DNA of 64,000 bases from an uncultured Faecalibacterium sp. (GTDB lineage: Bacteria; Bacillota; Clostridia; Oscillospirales; Ruminococcaceae): assembly GCA_934501115.1 (NCBI GenBank), contig CAKSTO010000001.1:2022-66021 (forward strand), written 5' to 3'. Made by a program: the position numbers and the translations under genes. The notes beneath the pieces were generated by a model. It was not told where the DNA came from, did not search any database, and saw only the letters and a program-made list of their open reading frames with translations. Below, piece after piece: positions 16,863 to 27,127 of the stretch; positions within the stretch are counted from its first letter, which is position 1; each line of letters starts with the position of its first letter.

Positions 16863-18977
16863 ATGCGGCGCCCGCTCTGTGTTTTTGGCATGGGAATGCT
16901 GGGTGCTGAATTAGTGTACGCTTTTTTGCCGCAAACGGGACTTTTTGTGCCGCTTGCGGCATTTTTTGCTGCTGTTTGTCTGGTGCTTTGCTGCCTTGAT
17001 AAGACCCGGAAGCCTGCGTTCTGCATTTTGCTGGGGGTCGCCGCTGGAGCGCTGTCTGTTTCCTGTACGCAGGCACGGATGAACAGGGTCCGTGTGCAGT
17101 ATGCCGGGCGGCCGGTCGTTCTGACTGCGGAAGTGGAAAGTGCATCGGAATCCTACTACCGGGGCATTGTGGATGCAGTGCTTCTTGTGGAGGAAGTAAA
17201 CGGAAAGGCGGAGCGCTTCCGGGTCGAGTGCGGGAACCTGCGCGCCTGCGAGGCAGGGGAGCGGGTGCAGGGCAGATTTACCCTGTATGCGCCGGAAAAA
17301 GAGGAGCAGACGGAGCTGTATCCGGACGGGATCGCATTATGGGCCGAGCCGGACGAGGAAAAGCCTGACTTCAGGATCCTGGGCAGGAGTACGAGCTTCC
17401 GCGCCCGGACCCACCGGCTGCGGCAGAAGCTCAGCGCATCGCTGCGCCGCTGCATGGATGGAAAGACCGGCGGCGTTCTGGCAGCGATGACGGTAGGCGA
17501 CCGGGAACATCTTTCTTCCGGGCTGCGCAGCGCCTACCGGGGTGCCGGGCTTGCCCATGTGCTGGTGGTCAGTGGAATGCATGTCTCGGTGCTGTGCGGA
17601 GATCTGTTTGTTTCGCTGCTGTCCCGCCGGAAGCGGGAGCGCAGTTACCGCTCACGCAGACTCAAAGCGGTGTGGGCTGCATTTCTGGCTCTTGTTCTGG
17701 TGGGCGTGACCGGCTTTACGCCCTCTGTACGCCGGGCTGCAGCAGCCGTGTGGGTCAGTGCATTGGGCGTTTGGGTATACGGCGCACCGGACACGCTCAC
17801 CTCTCTGGCTGCGGCCGGCATCCTGATGACGGCGGGCAACAGCTACGCTGTGTGTGATATTGGCTTTGAGCTGTCTTTTGCATCGGTATTGGGCACTCTT
17901 GCGGGAGCAGAATGCTTCCGGCGTACCGAGAGCGCCCGCACGAAGCAGAGCGATCTCGGGAAGAAACGCCCGGTCGGGAACCGTGCAGAGCGCTGGCGCA
18001 CACACCTGCTGTTGGAGCTGTGGCAGGCAGTGTGCATTTCGGCTTGTGCATCGGCGGCAGCATTTCCGGTGCTGGTGCTGCGGGGGCTGAGCGTAAGCAT
18101 CTATGCGGTGCTGTCTGGTATCGTGGTGCTCTGGATGGTCAAGCCTATGATGCTGCTTGGCCTTGGTGCGGCGTTTACCGGCCTTGTGCCGGGCATTGAG
18201 ACGGTCTGCGAAATGGTTTCCAAAGCTGCGGCACTGCTGACGAGTCTGCTGAATGCGTGGGCAGTACGAATCGCTGCATTACCGGGTGCAGGGCTCTATT
18301 TTGACACAGCCTATGCGGCAGCTGTGTGTCTTGTTCTGATCGCACTGTGCACGCTTGCCCTGCACTGGAAGCTGCGCTTTCGTGCGGCGCTGCCGGGGAT
18401 CCTGCTGACAGCGGTGGTCGCCGTGGGGCTGGGCAACGCCCTGAGCCGGGATGTGGTGCATGTTGACCTGACAGGCAGTGCCAATGCTCCGGCAGTGGTC
18501 ATTTCGCAGAGCGGCACCGCAGTGGTTCTGTTCCGCGGCGGAGAGTCCACTCAGCGGGCAGTGGAAAACCAGCTTGCCCGGCGGGGTGTGCGGGAGGTCG
18601 AACTGCTCGTAGACCTGCGCATAAATCCGGAGTCGCACTGCTCGTTGGAAGCAAAGCAGACACTTCTGGCCGAGAGGATGTCTGTAAACACTGCGCAGAA
18701 ACGCAGGTGCACGCCGGCTGCCGTGGAGCTTCTTCGAACCCGGAACGGCTGCCTTGTGCGGCTGACCATCGGCAACCGGCAGTTTGCGGCGATCAACGGC
18801 AGTGTGGAGCTGGCAGAACCGGTTCCGGTACAATGGCTTCTGGCCTCACCGGCCAAGCCTGAAGCGGTGCGGTATGAAAAGATCCTGACGCTGCGCCGGT
18901 ACGGATGGATCAGGAGCGCGGAAGAAGCGTCTGCTTCTCTGAGTCTGCGCCGCAGCGGCGGAGTAAAGATGGAGTGA
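16863..18977 (+). CDS. comEC: ComEC/Rec2-family competence membrane channel, apparently lacking a recognisable metallo-beta-lactamase domain
   Basis: It has a DUF4131-like N-terminal TM region and a competence-domain motif, GLAHVLVVSGMHVSVL. No HxHxDH motif is visible in the C-terminal ~250 aa. Confidence 0.7.
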   Translation: MRRPLCVFGMGMLGAELVYAFLPQTGLFVPLAAFFAAVCLVLCCLDKTRKPAFCILLGVAAGALSVSCTQARMNRVRVQYAGRPVVLTAEVESASESYYRGIVDAVLLVEEVNGKAERFRVECGNLRACEAGERVQGRFTLYAPEKEEQTELYPDGIALWAEPDEEKPDFRILGRSTSFRARTHRLRQKLSASLRRCMDGKTGGVLAAMTVGDREHLSSGLRSAYRGAGLAHVLVVSGMHVSVLCGDLFVSLLSRRKRERSYRSRRLKAVWAAFLALVLVGVTGFTPSVRRAAAAVWVSALGVWVYGAPDTLTSLAAAGILMTAGNSYAVCDIGFELSFASVLGTLAGAECFRRTESARTKQSDLGKKRPVGNRAERWRTHLLLELWQAVCISACASAAAFPVLVLRGLSVSIYAVLSGIVVLWMVKPMMLLGLGAAFTGLVPGIETVCEMVSKAAALLTSLLNAWAVRIAALPGAGLYFDTAYAAAVCLVLIALCTLALHWKLRFRAALPGILLTAVVAVGLGNALSRDVVHVDLTGSANAPAVVISQSGTAVVLFRGGESTQRAVENQLARRGVREVELLVDLRINPESHCSLEAKQTLLAERMSVNTAQKRRCTPAAVELLRTRNGCLVRLTIGNRQFAAINGSVELAEPVPVQWLLASPAKPEAVRYEKILTLRRYGWIRSAEEASASLSLRRSGGVKME

Positions 18978-19077
18978 GCGAAATGCAGGGGCAAAATAAT
19001 CCCCGTCTGCTTGACATTGCCGCCGGGAATATGGTATTTTTGTACCAACAAATTCAAGTAAAGGATCCTGCGTACAG

Positions 19078-20088
19078 ATGAACATTTATGACGTTTCCAG
19101 AGAGGCGAATGTATCTGCTGCCACGGTGTCCAGAGTGATCAACGGAAGCAGCAAGGTCAGCCCGGCTACCCGAAAAAAAGTGCTGGATGTGATCCATAAA
19201 AGCGGATATATCCCCAATGCCTTTGCACAGGGACTCAGCCATGATACCATGCGCACGGTTGGCATCCTGTGCGTGGATCCTTCCGACCCGAATGCCTGCG
19301 GTAATTTTTCCATGGGGATCGGCTATGTACAGCGGGAGCTGCGCGGTTTTGATTACGATACCATCATCTATTGCGTGGGTTACGATATGGAAGATAAGGC
19401 AAACTGCCTGCAGACCATGTGCGACCGCCGCGTAGATGCCATTGTGGTGCTTGGCTCTTTCTTTGTGGAAAGCGACCCGGAAAAGAATGCCTGTATCATC
19501 AAGGCCGCCCAGCAGGTGCCGGTTTTTCTGGTAAACGGCTACATCGATGCGCCTAACGTATACTCCTTCCGCTGCGGTGACCGCAAGGGCGCGTTTCAGG
19601 CGGTGAACCAGATGGCAAAGAGCGGTGCCAAAGATATTCTGTTTCTGCATCACAACATGACCGGCAGTGTGCGCAGCAAACTGGAGGGCTATCAGGAGGC
19701 GCTGCACCAGAACGGGCTTGCCGTGCGGCAGGAATACATCTGTTCCTGTTCGCTGGATATTCAGGAAAGCGCTGCCGAGGTCGAGCAGCTGGCCGAATCG
19801 GGGCTGAAGTTTGATGGCGTAATTGCCACAGAGGACAGCATCGCAGTGGGAGTGCTCAAGTATGCCCAGCGGCATGGTATCACTGTGCCGGACGATCTGT
19901 GTGTGATCGGCTTTGGCAACACGAACCTTACGGAAAGCTGTACCCCGGAGCTGAGCTCTGTGGATAACAGCGTGGAAGCTGCCTGTGTGGCCGCAGTTTC
20001 CATGCTGATCCATAAACTCAAAAATCACCGCATCCCCTCGGAGCTCACGGTCTCCTCGGCGGTGGTGTACCGCAAAACCACACGGTAA
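19078..20088 (+). CDS. LacI-family transcriptional regulator
   Basis: MNIYDVSREANVSAATVSRVINGS is the N-terminal HTH, followed by a periplasmic-binding-like sugar-binding domain. Confidence 0.85.
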   Translation: MNIYDVSREANVSAATVSRVINGSSKVSPATRKKVLDVIHKSGYIPNAFAQGLSHDTMRTVGILCVDPSDPNACGNFSMGIGYVQRELRGFDYDTIIYCVGYDMEDKANCLQTMCDRRVDAIVVLGSFFVESDPEKNACIIKAAQQVPVFLVNGYIDAPNVYSFRCGDRKGAFQAVNQMAKSGAKDILFLHHNMTGSVRSKLEGYQEALHQNGLAVRQEYICSCSLDIQESAAEVEQLAESGLKFDGVIATEDSIAVGVLKYAQRHGITVPDDLCVIGFGNTNLTESCTPELSSVDNSVEAACVAAVSMLIHKLKNHRIPSELTVSSAVVYRKTTR

Positions 20089-20127
20089 GGAGAGGCTGCT
20101 GCGAAACAGCACCTTGAGTAAAGTGCA

Positions 20128-20187
20128 CAAAACCCGGGATCTCTTCGGGGCGGTCAGCCCAGAAAAGATCCCGGGTTTTGCTTTTTG
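20128..20187. terminator. Bidirectional terminator hairpin between lacI-family gene and glgP (convergent)
   Basis: A 13-bp stem aaaacccgggatc/gatcccgggtttt is followed by gctttttg. Confidence 0.5.
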
Positions 20188-20300
20188 TATGTGCAGGCTT
20201 TGGCCGTATTCTGACCGTGCGAGCCGGAATAAAAAACTGCCGCACGGCAGGAGCGTGCAGCAGTCTTTTGAGAAAATGATCGTGAAACGCGCAGGAACGG

Positions 20301-22562
20301 TTATTTGCCCAGATGCCAGATGTCGCGGTCATACTCGGCAATGGTGCGGTCAGAGGAGAACATGCCCGCTTTGGCAATGTTTACCAGACACTTGCGCCGC
20401 CAGCCCATGGGGTCGCAGGCGTAATCGCTGAGTGCCTGCCCTTTGCGCACGACGTAGGCGTTGAAGTCCGGCAGGGTCTGGAACCAGTCCTTGTGGATCA
20501 GTTCGTCGTGCAGGCGGGTCAGGTTTTCGGCATGACCGGCGGCCAGCATCTCCGGGCCGGTGAGGAAATCGATGGCGCGGCGGATGTTGGCATCGCCCTC
20601 CACCCACTGTGCGGGGTCGTAGTCGCCCACGGCATAGCGGTGGATGACCTGATCGGAGGTCTGGCCGAAGATATAAATGTTTTCTTCGCCCACCTGCTGG
20701 CTGATCTCCACGTTGGCACCATCCATGGTGCCCAGCGTCAGCGCACCGTTCAGCATGAACTTCATGTTGCCGGTGCCGGAGGCCTCCTTGGAGGCAAGGC
20801 TGATCTGCTCAGACAGGTCACAGGCAGGGATGAGCTTTTCGGCAGCGGTGACGTTGTAATTTTCCACAAATACCACCTGCAGCCACTTGGACACCTCCGG
20901 GTCTGCGGCGATGACCTTGGAGAGGGTCAGCAGGGCATGGATGATGTCCTTTGCAATGATATACGCCGGTGCTGCCTTGGCACCGAAGATGCTCACCAGC
21001 GGTGCGGCAGGCAGATGCCCTGCCTTGATCTCATAATACTGATGGACGAGGTACAGCAGGTTCAGCTGCTGGCGCTTATACTCATGCAGGCGCTTGGACT
21101 GGATGTCGAACACGGCGTCGGTGTTCACGCTCACCTTCTGGGTGCGCAGCAGCCAGTCTGCCAGTGCTTCCTTGTTGGCCTTCTTCACGGCGGTCAGCTC
21201 GCGGAGCACGGTTTCGTCGTCGGCAAAAGCCAGCAGCTTTTCCAGCTCGGCAGCGTCCTTGCGGAATCCGGAGCCGATGTGCTGTTCCAGTGCAGCGGTC
21301 AGGCGCGGGTCGCATTCCAGCAGCCAGCGGCGGAAGGTGATGCCGTTGGTCTTATTGTTGAACTTTTCCGGGTACAGCTCATAGAAGCCGTGCAGCTCGG
21401 AGTTTTTCAGGATCTCGGTGTGCAGCGCCGCTACGCCGTTGGTGGAGTGGGTGAAGTGGATATCCATGTGTGCCATGTGCACCCGGTCGTCCTTGTCGAT
21501 GATGGCAAGGCTCTCGTCCTTGGTGCGGGTGCGAGCCAGCGCATCCAGCTTTTCGATGATGGGCATCAACTTAGGCACCACGGCATCCAGATAGGCGCGA
21601 GGCCACTTTTCCAGCGCCTCGGCCAGAATGGTGTGGTTGGTATAGGCGCAGGTTTTGGTGACGATCTTTACGGCCTCTTCAAACTTGATGCCCTTTTCGC
21701 CCAGCAGACGGATCAGCTCCGGGATGACCATGCTGGGGTGGGTGTCGTTGATCTGGATGGCTGCGTAATCGGCCAGATCGTGATAGTTGCAGCCCCGGGC
21801 TGCGCACTCGGCCAGGATCAGCTGCGCACCGGCGGAGACCATCAGATACTGCTGGTATACCCGCAGACGGCGGCCTGCCTCGTCGGAATCGTCCGGGTAG
21901 AGGAACAATGTCAGATTCTTGTCGATGGCGGTTTTGTCGAAGGCGATGCCGTCATGGACGATGCTCTCGTCGATGGTATCGAGGTCGAACAGGTTCAGGG
22001 TATTGGTGCGGCCTTCGTAGCCGGTGACCGCCAGCTTGTACAGCCGGGCGGTGTACTTCTTGCCGGCCAGCTCCACCGGGTAGGTGGTGTCGGTCTTTTC
22101 TGCCCAGCTGTGGGCGGTGAGCCACGGGTCGGGCTTTTCGTTCTGCACGCCGTTTTCAAAGGACTGATGGAACAGGCCGAAGTGATACCGCAGACCCACA
22201 CCGTCGCCGGGCAGGTTCAGCGTTGCCAGCGAGTCGAGGAAGCAGGCAGCCAGACGGCCAAGTCCGCCGTTGCCGAGAGAAGGTTCCGGCTCTACCTCCT
22301 CGATATCCGAGAGGCGTTTGCCTGCGGCAGCCAGTGCATCGCGAGCCTCGTCATACAGCCCCAGATTGATAAGGTTGTTGGACAGCAGCTTGCCGATGAG
22401 GAACTCGGCACTGATATAATACAGCTTGCGTCCGGTGACCGGCTTCACACGGTCGGCGCTCTTCTGCCGGACAAGCTCCAGCAGGGCAAGATACAGCTCC
22501 TGATCGGTGCAGTCCGCCAGCAGCTTTCCGGTGAGACCCTGTAACGTTTCGGTGAAGTTCAT
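20301..22562 (-). CDS. glgP: Glycogen/maltodextrin phosphorylase (GT35), paralog 1
   Basis: [28 protein letters not shown] is the pyridoxal-phosphate site signature. The start at MNFTE is chosen from a GGAGG RBS. The ORF track extends it to 22622. Confidence 0.9.
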   Translation of the reverse strand: MNFTETLQGLTGKLLADCTDQELYLALLELVRQKSADRVKPVTGRKLYYISAEFLIGKLLSNNLINLGLYDEARDALAAAGKRLSDIEEVEPEPSLGNGGLGRLAACFLDSLATLNLPGDGVGLRYHFGLFHQSFENGVQNEKPDPWLTAHSWAEKTDTTYPVELAGKKYTARLYKLAVTGYEGRTNTLNLFDLDTIDESIVHDGIAFDKTAIDKNLTLFLYPDDSDEAGRRLRVYQQYLMVSAGAQLILAECAARGCNYHDLADYAAIQINDTHPSMVIPELIRLLGEKGIKFEEAVKIVTKTCAYTNHTILAEALEKWPRAYLDAVVPKLMPIIEKLDALARTRTKDESLAIIDKDDRVHMAHMDIHFTHSTNGVAALHTEILKNSELHGFYELYPEKFNNKTNGITFRRWLLECDPRLTAALEQHIGSGFRKDAAELEKLLAFADDETVLRELTAVKKANKEALADWLLRTQKVSVNTDAVFDIQSKRLHEYKRQQLNLLYLVHQYYEIKAGHLPAAPLVSIFGAKAAPAYIIAKDIIHALLTLSKVIAADPEVSKWLQVVFVENYNVTAAEKLIPACDLSEQISLASKEASGTGNMKFMLNGALTLGTMDGANVEISQQVGEENIYIFGQTSDQVIHRYAVGDYDPAQWVEGDANIRRAIDFLTGPEMLAAGHAENLTRLHDELIHKDWFQTLPDFNAYVVRKGQALSDYACDPMGWRRKCLVNIAKAGMFSSDRTIAEYDRDIWHLGK

Positions 22563-22691
22563 AAATGGATCCTCCTTTGATACGGAAAACAGGTTTGACA
22601 TCTTTGATTCAAGATATACCACACAAAACGTGCAAAATCTTGTGCAAAAAGAGCAAAATGTGGTATTATTCTATCATCAGGAGGAAATGTT

Positions 22692-23549
22692 ATGAAAAAT
22701 CAGCCTTCTTTGCAGGAAACAAAACAACACGGAGCCGTGCGGTTCCCGTTCAACCTCTATCCCTGCACCATCCCGGGGGATTTCTCACAGGTAGCGCTCC
22801 ACTGGCACGACAGCATGGAGCTGGTCTTTGTCAAGCGCGGCGCGGGGCAGGTGCAGGTGGGTGCCGTGACCTATCCGGCACGCATGGGGGAGATTTATGT
22901 TTTTACGCCCGGCACGCTCCACGCTCTGCGGCAGACCGAAGGGCAGTCCATGGAATACGAAAACTTCATCTTTGAGCTGGAGCTTCTGGGTGGCGCGGGA
23001 GATCTGTGCGCTGAAAAGTACATTCTTCCGCTGCAGAGCGGCCGGCTGCCGCTTATGGCGCGTCTGACCCCAAACGATCTGTGCTACCTTCCTGCAGCCG
23101 CCTGCCTGCGTGAGATCGAGGACTGCAACCGTGTCAAGCGCCCGGGCTATGAGCTGATCATCAAGGGTGAGCTGCTGCATTTTCTCGCCCTGCTGATCGA
23201 ACAAAGCAAGACCCTACCCTCCGCAGGGATCGCGGATCCCCAGCGGCTGAAAAACGTTCTGCAGTGGTTGTCTTCCCATTACAGCGAGCCTTTGTTCGTT
23301 GCTGATGCTGCATCGGTCTGCTCGTGCAGCCCCAGCCATTTTATGCGCTGGTTCCGGAGGATGACCGGACAGAGCTTTGTTTCCTTCCTGAACGAGTACC
23401 GTCTGAATCTGGCGGCAAAGGCGCTCCGTTCTACAGATGATACGGTGCTGTCCATTGCCGCTCAGTGCGGATTTGAAAATCTGTCCTACTTCAACCGGGC
23501 GTTCAAGAAGCATTTCGGCATGACCCCGCGTGAGTACCGGAAAAAGTGA
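22692..23549 (+). CDS. AraC-family transcriptional regulator (cupin sensor plus HTH_AraC)
   Basis: The C-terminus LNEYRLNLAAKALRSTDDTVLSIAAQCGFENLSYFNRAFKKHFGMTPREYR is a typical AraC HTH. Confidence 0.85.
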   Translation: MKNQPSLQETKQHGAVRFPFNLYPCTIPGDFSQVALHWHDSMELVFVKRGAGQVQVGAVTYPARMGEIYVFTPGTLHALRQTEGQSMEYENFIFELELLGGAGDLCAEKYILPLQSGRLPLMARLTPNDLCYLPAAACLREIEDCNRVKRPGYELIIKGELLHFLALLIEQSKTLPSAGIADPQRLKNVLQWLSSHYSEPLFVADAASVCSCSPSHFMRWFRRMTGQSFVSFLNEYRLNLAAKALRSTDDTVLSIAAQCGFENLSYFNRAFKKHFGMTPREYRKK

Positions 23550-23599
23550 AAAAGCAGGCATCCCGCACTTCCGGGATGCCGCAGGAGGGGAAACTTTCG

Positions 23600-25360
23600 A
23601 TGAAACATGAAAGACCGTTCCGCCCGGACAGGATCCTTTCCTATTTCCGGGTCGAGTGGCTGCCGCTGACCTTTGTGACCCTGTCAGGTCTTGCGTACAA
23701 CATCGGGCTGCTGACGGGGCCGTGGTTCGAGGGCAGGCTTGCGCAGTGTCTGGCCGATATCCTCAGCGGCAGTGAGACATCTGCCCGAATGGTCATGCTG
23801 GTGCCGGCCTACCTCGCTGCTGCGCTGGCCGTGCAGGCAGCGCGGTTCATCAAACGATTTTATGTGCGCCGCTTTGCCAACAAGATCAACCGCCGGATGA
23901 AGGGCTGCCTTTACGCCAATCTGGTGCGGCAGAGCCGGACGGCGCTGGAAAAAGAAGGCGTCGGTGAGCTGATGACCAAGGCCATCTCCGATGTGGACGA
24001 CTGCGTGGAGGGGATGCGCAAGTTTACCACCGAGATCTTTGATACCGGTGTGGCGCTGGCAGGCTATCTGGTCATGCTGCTGGCGTACGATTGGCGGCTT
24101 GCGCTGCTGAGCCTGATGCTCACGCCGGTTTCCTACCTTTGCGCGGCATGGATGAAAAAGCCGGTGCAGCGCGCCGGTGCGGCCTACAAAAAGGCGGCAG
24201 GCGCTTTGAGCGCTGCCACGCTTGACCGCGCGCAGAATGCCGTGACCTACCGCATCTACGGCTGTGAGGATGTCCGCGCAGAGAAGTACGAGCAGGCACT
24301 GGAGACCTACGAAAAAACGGCGGTGCGTAATAACGTGTGGCAGTCGGCGCTGCCGCCGCTGTATCTGGTCGTATCCGAGGCAGGTGTACTGTTCATCCTG
24401 TGGTTCGGCGCGAAGAATGTGCTCGGTACCGGCTGGAGCAATTGGGACATTGCGGCGTTCACCACCTTTCTGTCCTGCTTTACCAGACTGGTGGTCAAAT
24501 CCTCCAAAGCGGCAAAGCTGTTCAACGCAGTGCAGAAAGCAGAAGTCTCGTGGAGACGCATCAGGCCGCTGATGAAGCGTCCGGAAAAGCTGGATGCGCT
24601 GAATGTTCCGGCAGCCGAGGATGTGACACTGGAAAACCTCTCATTTTCCTATGGGGAAAAGCCTGTCTTCTCCGGCCTGAGCCTGACGGCGCACCCCGGC
24701 GAGATCATCGGCGTCACCGGCCCGGTGGCCTGCGGCAAATCGACCTTTGGCAGGGTGTTCCTGTGCGAAGCGCCTTACGGAGGGTCCGCACGGTTCGGCG
24801 AAAAAGAATTTTCAGCGCTGACCCCGCGGCAGATCTCTGCTGCAGTCGGCTATCTGGGGCACGACCCGGAGCTGAGCGCTGACACGGTGCGGGAAAATGT
24901 CCTTTGCGGCAGCGAGCAGGACGTCATGCCGTGGCTGGAGGCCGTTGCTCTGCGGGACGAGGTGCTGGCTATGGAAAACGGCGCAGACACGGTCATCGGC
25001 AGCAGCGGCACCCGCCTTTCCGGCGGACAGGCGCAGCGGCTGGCACTGGCGAGAACGCTGGCGCACCCACGCCCGGTACTGATCTTGGACGATCCGTTTT
25101 CTGCGCTGGATCGCAATACGGAGGACGCCGTGTTTGCAAACTTGCAGAACGACGCAAGGGATAAAGTCGTATTCCTCATCTCTCACCGGCTGTACCACTT
25201 CCCGCAGATGCAGAGAGTGATCTTCATGGAGGACGGAAGGGTCACGGTGGGCACCCACGACGAGCTGATGGCGTCGGCTCCGAGGTACCGGCAGCTGTAT
25301 GAAAGCCAGAGCACTCAGAAAGGAGGCGGCCTGCATGAAACAGAGAAACAACGTGTTTGA
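23600..25360 (+). CDS. ABC exporter subunit (fused TMD-NBD, type I exporter fold)
   Basis: It has six predicted TM segments, a Walker A GPVACGKST, the signature LSGGQAQRLALAR and a Walker B VLILDDPFSALD. The start at 23600 has a GGAGGGG RBS. Confidence 0.8.
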   Translation: MKHERPFRPDRILSYFRVEWLPLTFVTLSGLAYNIGLLTGPWFEGRLAQCLADILSGSETSARMVMLVPAYLAAALAVQAARFIKRFYVRRFANKINRRMKGCLYANLVRQSRTALEKEGVGELMTKAISDVDDCVEGMRKFTTEIFDTGVALAGYLVMLLAYDWRLALLSLMLTPVSYLCAAWMKKPVQRAGAAYKKAAGALSAATLDRAQNAVTYRIYGCEDVRAEKYEQALETYEKTAVRNNVWQSALPPLYLVVSEAGVLFILWFGAKNVLGTGWSNWDIAAFTTFLSCFTRLVVKSSKAAKLFNAVQKAEVSWRRIRPLMKRPEKLDALNVPAAEDVTLENLSFSYGEKPVFSGLSLTAHPGEIIGVTGPVACGKSTFGRVFLCEAPYGGSARFGEKEFSALTPRQISAAVGYLGHDPELSADTVRENVLCGSEQDVMPWLEAVALRDEVLAMENGADTVIGSSGTRLSGGQAQRLALARTLAHPRPVLILDDPFSALDRNTEDAVFANLQNDARDKVVFLISHRLYHFPQMQRVIFMEDGRVTVGTHDELMASAPRYRQLYESQSTQKGGGLHETEKQRV

Positions 25361-26999
25361 TGCGATCCGGATGGCGGCAGCGTCCTGCCGCTTTCTCACG
25401 GCAGGCACTCTTTTGTGCGTAGCTGCGTCGGTTGCGGCATCGCTGCTGCCGCCGCTGCTGCTGGCGGGCATCATTGACAGGCTGACGGCAGGTGCCCCGC
25501 TGACCATTGCAGCGGTGCTGCTCTACTTCGGCAGTCTGGTGCTGGAAGGGGGGCTCTCGTCTGCGCAGGAAAGCCTTCTGGTGTTGTTTGGCCAGAAAAT
25601 GACCCATGCCCTGCGTTCGGAAATGTCTCAAAAGCTGACGCGTCTGCCTGCCGGTACATTGGCAGGCCAGAATCCCGGCGAGGTGGCCGCGCGTTTTTCG
25701 GGCGATGTGGACACGGTGGAAGCGCTGTTTGCCTCCGGCATCATCAGCATGGCGGCCGATGCCTGCCGCATCATCTCCATCATGGCGGTCATTGCGGTGA
25801 AAAACACCGGCCTTGCACGGATTCTGCTTTTGGTGCTGCCGCTGTTCGCAGTGTTCACCCGCCATGTGCAAAAGCGGACGCTGGCCGCACAGCTGGACAA
25901 CCGCCGCGCTGTTGCGGCAGTGTCCGGTCAGGTGCCAGAGACCCTGCACAACATCCGCACCATCCGGGCGCTGGGTCTGGAAGGCTACAGAGAGCACCGC
26001 TACGACCGCTGCATCGGCGAAAGCTATGCTGCCATGGAACGTACGAACTTTTATGATGCTGTCTATTCGCCGGTGGTGCTGGTGCTGAACGCCGCTGTCG
26101 TGGGTATCGTGATGCTGCTGTCGGCTTCCGGCAATGCAGCAGTCCTGACCCTGTTCGGGATGTCGGTTGGCACCTCGGTGGCCGTCATCAACTATGTTTC
26201 CCGCATATTTGCTCCGATCGAAAGCCTTGGCATGGAGCTCCAGACCATCCAGTCGGCCATGGCGGGCGTGAAACGCATCGACGCCTTTCTGGCGCAGCCG
26301 GAACGCACCGTGCCTGCTGTGCGGAGGGAGGCTGCACGGGGCGGCGTGGAGCTCTCGCACGTGACCTTTCGCTATGACGAAACGTGTGTCCTGAATGACT
26401 TTTCCATGAGGGTCAGGCAGGGGGAGCAGGTCACGCTGACCGGACGCACCGGTGCAGGCAAGAGCACGGTTTTCAAGCTGCTGCTGGGGCTGTATCAGCC
26501 GGAAGCCGGCAGCGTGACCATTGGCGGTGTAAAGGCTGCAGACATCTCCGACCGGGAACGCCGCACCTGCATCGGCTGTGTGGAACAGCACTTCTCCCGC
26601 ATACCGGGTACGGTGCTGGAACAGATCACGCTGGGCGACCCGGAGATCACCCGGAAAATGGCGGAGAAGGCGGCAGAGCTGGCCGGCATCGATGCGGTGA
26701 TCCGGGCTCTTCCGGAGGGATATGATACGGAATGCACCGGCGGCATGTTCTCGCAGGGCGAATGGCAGCTGCTGTCCATTGCCCGCGCCGCGGCAGCAGA
26801 CCCGGCGGTGCTGCTGCTGGACGAGATCACAGCCGACCTTGACGCGGAGACCGAAGCCCGTGTGCTGGAGGCGCTGCATCGCGCCTCGGCAGGCCGCACA
26901 GTGCTGTCGATCTCCCACCGTATTTACGAGGATCTCGGTGGGCGGATTGTGGAGATCCGAACGCAGACACAGGGCGGAGAAACACCGGAAGCAGGATGA
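25335..26999 (+). CDS. ABC exporter subunit (fused TMD-NBD) with a degenerate signature motif; likely the heterodimer partner of the preceding gene
   Basis: It has Walker A GRTGAGKST, a degenerate signature FSQGEWQLLSIARA and Walker B LLLDEITADLD. Its start overlaps the end of the upstream gene. Confidence 0.8.
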   Translation: MKQRNNVFDAIRMAAASCRFLTAGTLLCVAASVAASLLPPLLLAGIIDRLTAGAPLTIAAVLLYFGSLVLEGGLSSAQESLLVLFGQKMTHALRSEMSQKLTRLPAGTLAGQNPGEVAARFSGDVDTVEALFASGIISMAADACRIISIMAVIAVKNTGLARILLLVLPLFAVFTRHVQKRTLAAQLDNRRAVAAVSGQVPETLHNIRTIRALGLEGYREHRYDRCIGESYAAMERTNFYDAVYSPVVLVLNAAVVGIVMLLSASGNAAVLTLFGMSVGTSVAVINYVSRIFAPIESLGMELQTIQSAMAGVKRIDAFLAQPERTVPAVRREAARGGVELSHVTFRYDETCVLNDFSMRVRQGEQVTLTGRTGAGKSTVFKLLLGLYQPEAGSVTIGGVKAADISDRERRTCIGCVEQHFSRIPGTVLEQITLGDPEITRKMAEKAAELAGIDAVIRALPEGYDTECTGGMFSQGEWQLLSIARAAAADPAVLLLDEITADLDAETEARVLEALHRASAGRTVLSISHRIYEDLGGRIVEIRTQTQGGETPEAG

Positions 27000-27127
27000 T
27001 GTAAAAACAGGAGCTTCGCTGCCGGTAAAACCGACAGGAAGTCTTTGCGGCAGCTCTTTTTTCTGCACGCAAAGCGTGGTAAAATGAAGGAACAGCAAAA
27101 AGAACGCTTGCTGGGAACGGAGGATCT

